Assembly: GCF_016432865.1 (NCBI RefSeq)
Contig: NC_067401.1
Coordinates: forward strand, 41,292,001-41,356,000
Source: Antechinus flavipes
Lineage: Eukaryota
Length of the DNA stretch: 64,000 nt
Direction: 5' to 3'
Part shown: piece after piece, positions 11,001 to 19,662 of the stretch
How positions within the stretch are numbered: the first letter of the stretch is position 1
Layout of the letters: every line of letters begins with the position of its first letter
Translations under genes and position numbers: made by a program
The notes under the pieces: generated by a model
Database searches by the model: none
Told to the model about the DNA's origin: nothing
What the model saw: only the letters and a program-made list of their open reading frames with translations

Positions 11001-13049
11001 TCCCTTGACACGGAGAGCCTGGGCACTGATGGGTCTGGACACCCCGGCCCAGCCAGACTCCCCCCGGAGATCTCTCGTTTCTGCCCCAGTAGCCCTCCGC
11101 AGGTAGTCCACGTCCTGAATGCCCGCTTTTCTGTCGCCCCAGGCTGATGGGCTTTCTCCACCAACCACATCCCCTGATCTCCTCCTGCCTCCCCCCATGA
11201 CCTCCTCCTTCCTTCTCCCAGATTGTTCATGGAGATTCTGAATTCGTGCACTGACTGTGATGAGATCCAGTTCATGGAAGATGGATCCTGGTGCCCAATG
11301 AGGCCCAAGAAGGAGCCACCGGAGGTTTGCCCCACAACAGGCTATGGCTTAGATGGTGAGTAATGGGATGATTCCCTGCTCATTCCCAAACGTGGTGAGG
11401 GGTCAGATGGTATCAGACCATTTCTCCCTCCGGTTAGTGATTCCCATCCTTCCACTATCTCCAGGTCCCCCCTTTGGCCCTGGCCCTGAGGGCAAGCCTC
11501 CCGAGACCAAGAAGAAAATCGAAGTTATTGACTTGACACTTGACAGCTCTTCAGATGAGGAAGACCTGCCCCCTCCTAAGAAGCACTGCCCAGTCACCTC
11601 GGCGGCCATCCCTGGTCCCCCTGGAGGCAAAGGGTATAAAGAACTGGGTTGAGAAAGAAGTTGGGGTTTAGAGCAAGAAGTCCTCCCAAGATCACTGGGG
11701 ACGTGTGGGGATGAGGGGAAGAAGGGAGGATATGTCAGCTTTTCCGTGTAGTGGTTAGGGGTCGGGGCTGGATGGGAAACCAGAGGAGGGGGGGGATTTA
11801 GGGAGACTTCCGAGGAGCTGACAGCTTCCTCTCTTCTTATAGAGTACTGGCTACCAGTCACCAGCCATCATCTGTGCTCCGGAGCCCAGCTATGGGCACC
11901 CTGGGCAGTGACTTCCTATCCGGCCTCCCTCTTCCCGAGTACCCACCAGCCTTTCCACTGGGGGCCGAAATCCAGGGTATGACCTCGTTCCAAATATGGC
12001 TCCCTCCAAAAGAAACCCCCCTGCCCTTTTTTGCTGCGGGATTAGGTAACGATCCTTGTATGTCCTGCCCCTCCAATATCTCTAACTTCCCAGGGAATTC
12101 CCACATCTGGGGAAGTTTTAGGTAGCAGAATCGGGCTGATTTTCTTTTTCCCATTTTCTCACAGGTTTGGACTTATTTACTTTCTTTCAGAATGAGAGTC
12201 AGGTAAGAATTCCTTCCCTTTCCACCACAGTGTCCAGTCTCTGTAGCTTCGTATAGGTTTGTTTCTAACTCTTACAAGGGCTCTTTTTAACTCTCGTTGC
12301 TGTGGGATGAGATTGAGGGGATGGGCAGACAGTTGATTTCCTTTCGAAGGGACAGAATTTGATTTTAGGGCTAGAAAAGATTCCTCAGTGTACAGATTAG
12401 GAAACTGAGGCTCAGAAGGTCATGTGGCTGGCGAGGCTGGACCCAGAAGCTAGCTATCCCAAAGCCCTTGGTCCCAGAGTTCTTTCCATGGCCCCACCCC
12501 CCCACGTAGCAGGTCACACCCTTCTCGTGCCCAGACATTCCATGCATTCTGAACGCCCACAGCGTTGGAGGAGGCCGGAGGCGGTGGGATGTCTCTAGCT
12601 GGGGATAAATGCTTTCCCGCTCATGGTGAGCCCGTCTTTTCAGAGAAAAACCCTCGAGTGGATTAGACAGCCTTCTCTGGGATCTCTATAAGTGTGGAGG
12701 GAGTATGTGGGAAGTGTCTGAGGGGTGGGAGGTTGGGGAAAAACGAAAGTCTTAGCTATTCTCTCCCCCGATTCCCCCTCAGCACTACAGTCCTTCGGTC
12801 ATCACCTCAATAGACGAGCAGGATACCCTTGGCCATTTCTTCCAGTACCGGGGCACCCCTTCCCACTTCTTGGGTCCACTGGCTCCCGTTCTGGGGAGCT
12901 CTCACCGAGGATCTCCTCCAGCACCGCCTCCTGGCCGGGTCAGCAGCATTGTGGCCCCCGGAGGGGCCCTGAGAGATGGACACGGGGGACCCCTGCCTCC
13001 AGGGTCTTCTCTGACCGGTTGTCGGCCGGACATTATTTCCCTGGACTGA
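4659..13049 (+). CDS. PIAS3: E3 SUMO ligase PIAS3, 14 coding exons, with a 1-nt frameshift in exon 2 in this sequence
   Basis: join(4659-4682,7960-8379,8776-8860,9114-9164,9706-9796,10053-10187,10356-10461,10576-10649,10786-10946,11222-11355,11465-11633,11843-11976,12165-12202,12783-13049) = 1889 nt (1890 nt, 629 aa, if one base is restored near 8172). All introns GT-AG. Recognisable SAP domain, PINIT region (PNTIV), SP-RING, SIM (IEVIDLT) and C-terminus DIISLD*. Confidence 0.96.
6640..7300. repeat. Polypyrimidine (C/T) low-complexity tract spanning an assembly gap (N 6743-6939)
   Basis: Nearly pure CCTT/CTCC/CTTT-type sequence on both sides of 197 Ns. Confidence 0.95.
7688..7825 (-). mobile_element. 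Short marsupial tRNA/CORE SINE (WSINE1-like)
   Basis: T tail, aagtgacttgcccagg, tttgaactc...tcctcctgacttcagggccggtgctctgtcca. Confidence 0.8.
7960..8379 (+). CDS. PIAS3: PIAS3 exon 2 (SAP domain; frameshift near 8172)
   Basis: [26 protein letters not shown]...ELSLLS, then a frame switch to PPGAPP...[10 protein letters not shown]. 420 nt where 421 are needed. Confidence 0.93.
8776..8860 (+). CDS. PIAS3: PIAS3 exon 3
   Basis: [27 protein letters not shown]; AG/GT flanks. Confidence 0.95.
9114..9164 (+). CDS. PIAS3: PIAS3 exon 4
   Basis: [16 protein letters not shown]; AG/GT flanks. Confidence 0.95.
9706..9796 (+). CDS. PIAS3: PIAS3 exon 5
   Basis: [30 protein letters not shown]. Confidence 0.95.
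10053..10187 (+). CDS. PIAS3: PIAS3 exon 6 (PINIT region)
   Basis: [45 protein letters not shown]. Confidence 0.95.
10356..10461 (+). CDS. PIAS3: PIAS3 exon 7
   Basis: [35 protein letters not shown]. Confidence 0.95.
10576..10649 (+). CDS. PIAS3: PIAS3 exon 8
   Basis: [24 protein letters not shown]. Confidence 0.95.
10786..10946 (+). CDS. PIAS3: PIAS3 exon 9 (SP-RING)
   Basis: [53 protein letters not shown]. Confidence 0.96.
11222..11355 (+). CDS. PIAS3: PIAS3 exon 10
   Basis: [44 protein letters not shown]. Confidence 0.95.
11465..11633 (+). CDS. PIAS3: PIAS3 exon 11 (SIM and acidic tract)
   Basis: [27 protein letters not shown]. Confidence 0.94.
11843..11976 (+). CDS. PIAS3: PIAS3 exon 12
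   Basis: [44 protein letters not shown]. Confidence 0.94.
12165..12202 (+). CDS. PIAS3: PIAS3 exon 13
   Basis: [12 protein letters not shown]; 38 nt, donor GTAAGA. Confidence 0.92.
12783..13049 (+). CDS. PIAS3: PIAS3 exon 14 (terminal)
   Basis: [24 protein letters not shown]...[10 protein letters not shown]. Confidence 0.95.
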   Translation, partial: HYSPSVITSIDEQDTLGHFFQYRGTPSHFLGPLAPVLGSSHRGSPPAPPPGRVSSIVAPGGALRDGHGGPLPPGSSLTGCRPDIISLD

Positions 13050-13751
13050 AACTCCGGGATTCTGGACCTCCTCACCCACTTCTGGCACCAAGTGGGGACC
13101 GCAGGGGAGCCCTGTCCCTCAGCCCCTCAACTGATTCCCTTGGGGTTTGTGGCCAGAGGCTACAAACAGAAACTCGTGGACACACGTTCTTGGCCCCCTC
13201 TCTGCCCGGACTCGCACCCAAAGGGTTAATATTTAACCTCTTTAAAAAAGACATTTTGGGTTTATTTTTGGAAATGCTCTTCAGATGGAGACATGTAAGC
13301 CAAGAAGGGGCAGAGAGATGTAAGAATTGTGCCTAAAAGTTGGGCCTAAAAGATTTTCCATTCTTTTCTTCCTTTCCCCAATCGCTCCGTGCCTCAGGTC
13401 TAACTCTGAAGCAGCCGGAGTGGGAGGGGGAATGTGTGGATGGATGGATAAGAGATGTCAATTGGTCCCCCTTAAAACACCTGATAGTTCTCCTATGTCC
13501 ATTTGTTCCCCTTCCACATATGGGACAGACAAATGGAGAGAAAAAGACAGGGCTTGAGATCTCTATTTTCAGTTGCAGCTTTTTGTACATAAATGAGAAA
13601 AACCAAAAAAACTCCAAAGATGATGACCCTTAGCCCATTCTCAGTCTGACTGAGGACGGGATGAGGAGATCTACCTCCTCTGCCTCTCTAAAGATGGATG
13701 GGAGAGGAGGTAGTTTTGTCCCGTTGCCTGGCTCTCTATTTATATATAAAT

Positions 13752-13757
13752 AATAAA
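13752..13757 (+). terminator. PIAS3: PIAS3 proximal poly(A) signal candidate
   Basis: AATAAA about 700 nt after the stop codon. Confidence 0.5.
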
Positions 13758-13991
13758 AAGTATAAATATATATATATTTAAGTTGATGATGATTCCCCAA
13801 GGTCTCCCTATCCTGGGGCCTGAGTTTCCAAAGGGAACCATAGTTTTAGAGTTATGGTCATGGAACTCATTCTGCACCTTTTGGGAGGGGGCATTCAGTC
13901 CCCTTCCCCTAAATTCACCTTTCCCTCTTTTATGAACCTTTCTTTTAATTTAATTTCATATTTCCAAAATTGTAGCAATGTTCTCACCGAC

Positions 13992-13997
13992 AATAAA
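13992..13997 (+). terminator. PIAS3: PIAS3 distal poly(A) signal candidate
   Basis: AATAAA followed by GGTTGTG and other GT-rich sequence. Confidence 0.6.
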
Positions 13998-14102
13998 GGT
14001 TGTGAATCCCATGTATGTCCGCAGGGAAATGGATGACTCACTGCGGGGCTCTCCAGATGTCTCTTCGTGGTGGTGGGGAGGCTGGCGTCCGGTGTCCCAG
14101 CT

Positions 14103-14151
14103 TCACTCTGATCCCGGCTTCGGGGAGACGGGGGTGGGGTTCTTTGGGGAT
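14103..14151 (-). CDS. NUDT17: NUDT17 exon 8 (terminal coding part)
   Basis: Pyrimidine tract plus TAG acceptor; (R)[15 protein letters not shown]. The tail is poorly conserved, so the boundary rests on splice signals. Confidence 0.7.
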
Positions 14152-16305
14152 CTACGGTGGGGACGACAGGACAAACAGGACGGGTGAAGGGCTGATAAAG
14201 CTGAGGATGAGGGCAGCAGGCGCTCCTTCCCCTCTGCCCCGCCCTAGTTCAGACACTACAACTGAACAGTGAGACCTGCGCGTCTCCTCTTCCCTCACCT
14301 CTTCAGATGCTGTAGCCACAGGCCAAGAGCGAATTTGGTTCCTGTGCTGACCCTCTCCTCGTCCTCCCTCATGCTCAGAGACTTCCGGAGCAGGGTGGAC
14401 GTAGGCAGGTCCAGGCTCTGGCTCGCGTCCCCCTGCAGCTCCACGATCCTGGGGGCAAGGGGCAGAGGTCAGCGACCCCCGGAGTCGCCTTCGGTACCAC
14501 AGTGGGCTGGGCGGAGAGGTGGGAAGGGCCCCTACTTACTGAACGCAGGGCGGCAGGTGTGCGGGGAGGGGCTCCGGTGCATCTGGTGCCCCTTCGGAGG
14601 CCGCCACCGCCGCCAGCACATCGGGCTTCAGCCAGACGTAGGCACTGACCTCCTCCTGGTTCGGTTGGACCCGTTCCTGGGGGTCAGACACTTGATCTCA
14701 GGGGCCCTGGGCCACAAGTGGCTCAGCAGACGTGCCAGAGGGCTTGTGGGGGGCTTTTATTCCCCGATTACTCAGCCCCATTTCCTTGCCCCGCTGTCGA
14801 CTCTACCTGTAGCTGCTTCTCTGGTTCCTGGGAAGTCACCAGCACGTAGAGAACGATGTGGTGATGTCGAGGGTGGCCCTGGCTCAGCATGGGGGGGTAG
14901 GCAGACTAGGAGGGGGGAAACAAGGCAGGTGAAGACTTCTCGGATCAGGAAGCCCCAGTGCCTTCAATAGTCAAATTGTAAAAGGGGAGCGGAAGGTGGA
15001 GAGAAAGGTCACAGGCTCCAGGAGGATGAGACAGCTGGGCTGGTCGGGGCCTTTCAGTGGGGTTGGGGGCCCCGGCGCTGCTCCCCGGGCAGAGGGCTGA
15101 TGGATTCACTCACCTCCCACAGTCCCAGAGGCGACCAGGAGTACTGGCCTTGGGGCAGCTGTAGGCCTGTCTCCTCCCTTAGCTCCCGGAGTCCCCCATC
15201 CAGCAGCTGGAGGTCAGAGAAAGCAGGCTCAGGTGGCTGCCAGAGTTGACATCTGCCGGCAGGCTGCTTCCCCCGAAGGCTCCCGTTCTCCTCCCCCCTC
15301 TAATACAGCGGGAGGCCGCGGGGAGTGCTCCAGGATAGCAGGCATTCATTCATCCATCCCCCCAAGGTCGCGGTTCTACAGCTGTAGTTACCTCCTCATC
15401 CAGTTCCACGTGTCCACCTACAATAACAAGGGGGTGGTGATTGCGGGCCCTGGCCTGGGTGGGCCCTTTCACTATCCCCTCTTCCCCCCATGCACTGGGA
15501 GACCGAAATCCTGCAACTACAGCGGAGTCGGGGTCCCTGCCATTCCCTTCCACCCGTCCTGGTCCCCCGTGCTGGGGCATCAAAGCCCCTGAGACGTGTT
15601 TGGGTTCCATGCGGTTGGGAAAGAACCAGGGGAGAGGGGTGCCGGCCTCCCCTCCTGGCCTGGGGGTAGTTAAGGCTCAGGTGCCAGGTTCCCAGGGGGT
15701 TCACCTGGAGGGACCCAGAGGTTGGGGGCCGTGTGCATGCTCGAGGCCCTCCGGGTCAGGAGCACGGTCTGGTCCCGGGACTGCAGGATGACGGCCACCG
15801 CCAAGTCCACTCCGCGGTCCGGCGGCTGCTTCAGCAATGGAGCTCCGGGGGGCCGCTGCTCCAGGGCCAAGAAAGGGCAAAACGGGGGGCGCTGGAGGGA
15901 GCAGGGAGGAAGCCGGGGTCACTGAGTTGGAAGCTCATAAGGACCGAGGCTCTCTCCAGGCTCCGGGTTGCTCTCAGAGCCTCATCCCTTCGCCGAACCA
16001 TCCTTTCCCACGCTGGATCTTTTCCCTTCTCCCATGCACCATGGGTCCCTCCCCTTGGCTCGGGACCCCTAGCTCTTCTCCCGCCCCCTCCCTCTCTAAC
16101 CCTTTCCCCGGACCTGCAGCGGGAGCTGCGCCGTGGCGCCGGAGAAGGAGCTGTCCGAGAGCAGCAGCCGCCCCGGCTGCAGGCCGCAGTAGACTTGCCA
16201 GGGGCCCGGGCCGGCGCCCAGGCCCAGGCGGCCGCACACGCTCCGCGCGAAGCCCGCGGGTTCCGGGCGTCCCGAGAGGAGCAGGAGCACGCGGGCCTGC
16301 GCCAT
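14103..16305 (-). CDS. NUDT17: Nudix hydrolase 17, 8 exons, 310 aa, intact
   Basis: complement join(16114-16305,15705-15891,15392-15417,15114-15206,14807-14905,14540-14676,14299-14448,14103-14151) = 933 nt. Strong Kozak context (gccgcctccaccATGG). Nudix box [23 protein letters not shown] fits GX5EX7REUXEEXGU. Confidence 0.94.
14299..14448 (-). CDS. NUDT17: NUDT17 exon 7
   Basis: [22 protein letters not shown]...[19 protein letters not shown]. Confidence 0.93.
14540..14676 (-). CDS. NUDT17: NUDT17 exon 6
   Basis: [27 protein letters not shown]...LPPCV. Confidence 0.93.
14807..14905 (-). CDS. NUDT17: NUDT17 exon 5
   Basis: [33 protein letters not shown]. Confidence 0.94.
15114..15206 (-). 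CDS. NUDT17: NUDT17 exon 4
   Basis: [31 protein letters not shown]. Confidence 0.95.
15392..15417 (-). CDS. NUDT17: NUDT17 exon 3 (26-nt microexon)
   Basis: (G)GHVELDEE; TAG acceptor, GTAACT donor. Confidence 0.9.
15705..15891 (-). CDS. NUDT17: NUDT17 exon 2
   Basis: [13 protein letters not shown]...[24 protein letters not shown]...PNLWVPP. Confidence 0.94.
16114..16305 (-). CDS. NUDT17: NUDT17 exon 1
   Basis: [25 protein letters not shown]...AQLPLQ. Confidence 0.92.
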
Positions 16306-17619
16306 GGTGGAGGCGGCCGGGAAGCAGCTCACGCAACCCCCCTGGCGGCCAGTCCGGAGCCGCGACAGACCCCGCCCCTCCCCGGGCGTGGGACGGAAGG
16401 AATCCGCGGCCTCTGGACCGGCGCTTTACCCGCCACTGGTGCCCTGGGCTCCTTGCCCGACCCCTGCTGGGATCAAACGGCGGCAGTCCCTCGCAGTCCG
16501 GACCTCCTGCTCGCGGCCCTGGGCGTCAGCCCAGCCATTCTGTCTCCATGCTGTTTCACCCGCCGTCATTTAGCGCGCCTATTATGCGTTAGGCTCTCCG
16601 CACCGGAGGCCTTTGCAGACTAAAGGGCTTCTGCTCCTCCCGAGTTTTCACAGCCAACCCTTCATACTCACTCAAGTATCCTTTGTATTTGTTTTTGACG
16701 AGTCCATAAGGTCTCCCCCAACAAAATGGCAATTCCTTGAAGGCAACAAGGACTATTTCGCTTTCTTACCTCCAATACCCAGAACGTTGTGGAAATGTAG
16801 TAATTGCGTTTGGATTGATTGCTTAATAACGGGCATTTATGTGGCACCTAAAGTTGGCACAGCTCTTCGTACGTTATTTCACCCTGTGGTGCTTTATTAG
16901 ACCCATTTAACAGACGAGAAACCGACTAGGAGAGAGAACTCAACAGATAAAGCCATTTGTAGGAGGTTTGAGCTCTACACATATTTCCTTTTCCTTGAGC
17001 CTAGTAGGATCTGAAATATGGAAATGACAGAAGAGGGTATGATATCTTTGGGGAACCGCAAAAAGGAGTTTGATTGAAGTATCATGCGTGTTTATGTAAA
17101 GGACCTCATGTGAACTCAATCTAGAAAGGCGGATGGAACCCAGGGGCTTTTAAGGACAAACAGATGCTCATGGTTTGTTGTAAGATAAGGGAGTTAGGGA
17201 AGCTGCAAGGGAGCAGCAGGGGCAGGCGTGTGCTTTGGCGCTGTCCATCTGGCAGCTACATCAAGTGTGGATTAAAGATGAAGCTGGACTATTTGCCGCA
17301 CCCCGTGTAAGAAGTGCTAAGCGCCTGAACTGCTATAAGTGGGAAGAGATGTAGAAATCCTGCCGCTGATTGGACACAGATAATGGAGAGTGAGGAATGG
17401 AGGGTGACAAAAGCCTGAGGCTGGAAAGCCGGTAGTGCTCCGCACAGGAAAAAAAAAAAAAGTTGAGAGGAAGGTGGGTTTAATGGAAAGATTCCACGTT
17501 AAGTTTATGGGATGCCCAGGGTGGAGCTTTTTCATATTCGTGTCCCTGTCATCATGGGCACCATTTCCTAACTAAATCAGTGACATTCAGAAGAATATCA
17601 GGAAATATCTATTTACACA

Positions 17620-17770
17620 CTTTTTTTTTTTGAGGCAATTGAAGTTGTGACTTGCCCAGGGTCCCACAGTTAGGAAGTCTGAGATATAATTTGAACTCTG
17701 GTCCTCCTGACTTCAGGGCTAGTGTTCTGATGCCTCACCTAGCTGTCCCCAAAGAGATTTTTTAGATTAG
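17620..17770 (-). mobile_element. WSINE1-like SINE
   Basis: T tail, gtgacttgcccagggtc, tttgaactctggtcctcctgacttcagggc, cacctagctgtcccc. Confidence 0.8.
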
Positions 17771-18514
17771 GAAGATGATATACTTAAGTGCTAGAACCTT
17801 TAGGTGACAAGATCATCCTGAGTGCAGGGTGGATACATAAGGGGTAGATTATGATGTCTCTCAGCAAGGAGCCTGTGCAAATGTTATATATCCAGTATAT
17901 TGAACACAAACAAGTCATAAGACAATTTAAACTGGAAGCGATCTTAGCACACTCGTGTAACCCCACTAGAGTGTTCTTGGCAAAGATATCCTTTTCAAAC
18001 TCTTTTTACATTTGAGGAAACTGAGGAAAATAGGAATGTGGCTCACTCGATCACCCAGCTAGTGTTCAACACCGGATTTGACTTCCAGCTCAACATGAAC
18101 CATTGATAACTAGCTATCATGAGGTTACTTTTATTAAAAAAAAAAAAAAAAAAAAAAAAGACATGATTGAAAAAAAAAATCTAAACAAAAGTCAGCTCAG
18201 GGTGTGTTATTTGCCTATCAGAATGCTGGCTAATTGCAGCACCAGTCTCTGGCTTTCTATAAGGTGCCTTAAAGTGGCACTTGCTTTTCCAAATCTCTTC
18301 ACATGGAGTGCATCCCTTTGGCTCCTCACATACTCACTGAAGTAGGCAAGCGCAGGTGATATTTTTGTTTCATGAAGAAAATGGGATCCAACTTTTATTG
18401 TGAACTGAAGGGTGCCAAGCAGAAGCTTTTGTATTCTCGATCCAGTCCTATTCCTTTGATGTCTTATCTTTTGCCCATACCTTTCTGTACCTAATTGTAC
18501 TTGGAAAACCCTTT

Positions 18515-18720
18515 AGTCAATAGATATTTATTAAGCACTTACTATGTGCCAGGTTCTGAGCAAAACCGTGGAGACAAGGAAGCAAAATAAAACAGTCAGC
18601 AAAGGGGGAGAGAGTGGTGCTGACTTTAAGGGAGACAACATGCAAAAGCTTCATGAATAAACTATAGAGGGGATAAATGGGAAATAATGAACAGAGGGAA
18701 GTTCCTAGAATTAGAGGATG
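18515..18720 (-). mobile_element. L2 LINE 3' fragment
   Basis: atttattaagcacttactatgtgccagg, the reverse complement of the L2 3' end. Confidence 0.7.
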
Positions 18721-19176
18721 AGCAAAAATTTCCTAAAGGAGGTTGGGACTTTAGCAGGTCCTTCCTCTGAAAAGACTGCTCCTCCCCCTCTCTCTTCCCC
18801 TCCCCCACCCCCCCATGCCAATCCTGGGGCTCACCTCTGCAGAACTTTTTCCATCCCCATTGAGAGCCTCTGGTCCTTCACTTTTAGGATCCAGATACAA
18901 GTCTTAGAGACATCCCATTATCGAAGGTTTCCATAGCACTTCATGTTTGCCAAAGCACTTTGTAGCTATTATCTCATTTGATTCTCACAACTATCAGGTA
19001 GAACCTACTGGTACCCCCATTTTACAGATGGGAAAAGTAATTAATTACTTAGCCAGGATGGCACAGCTAACTTCTGAGGCAGCATCTGAAATCAGATTTT
19101 GTTGATTCCAAGTCCAGCACCCTAACCATTATGCCATCCAGCTGCTGGCCAGGAACGAAAGCAGCATGGAGCAGGA

Positions 19177-19182
19177 TTTATT
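19177..19182 (-). terminator. POLR3C: POLR3C poly(A) signal candidate
   Basis: TTTATT on + (AATAAA on -) about 400 nt after the stop codon; further candidates lie near 18130 and 18395. Confidence 0.4.
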
Positions 19183-19580
19183 CCATTATGGATGATGCAG
19201 AAAGAGATGTGGAGAGCTACCTCACTGCACAGCACTCCGAGGCAGCTGGGGCATTTGTGGAGCTGGGGGCACGCATGTGGCACCTGGTGAAGATAAGCTA
19301 ACTCAGGGAGAGGCAACTGCGCTCCTCCCAACACCAGGGAGCAGGTGGCAGCAGGTGGCAGCAATGGCCGGGCGCCCAGGGGGCAGGCGACAGTCTCTAC
19401 CAGCCATGGTTCCCAGGGGCCCACACTGAAGGTGCCGCCTTTCTATCTGACAGAGGGGAGGCAGCCTTTGCTGTCTGGGGAATAATGAATGTGACATAAC
19501 ACACCACGTCCATGTCCTACAAGGATGACCCCATGTCCTTCTATCCTTCCCCATGCTCCCCTGGAAGACTCCCCTTTGGG

Positions 19581-19662
19581 TCAGGATCTTTTCATGGTGC
19601 TCTCTGCGTAGGACTCCAGCACAAAGATGGTTTCATCCACTTGGATCTCACTGGCATCCAAC
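19581..19662 (-). CDS. POLR3C: POLR3C terminal coding exon
   Basis: LDASEIQVDETIFVLESYAESTMKRS*. Confidence 0.95.

Larger units (their letters stand above)
15700..16600. promoter_or_regulatory. NUDT17: NUDT17 CpG island and promoter
   Basis: Dense CpG over exons 1-2 and upstream; GC box (cccgcccc) near 16370. Confidence 0.75.

Noticed and set aside
13737-13752. 16-bp perfect palindrome TATTTATATATAAATA in the PIAS3 3' UTR
   Set aside because: Entirely A/T and low-complexity, so easily explained by chance or TA slippage.
15733-16623. 296-aa and 251-aa plus-strand ORFs antisense to NUDT17
   Set aside because: Shadow ORFs of a GC-rich coding region and CpG island, with no recognisable domain.
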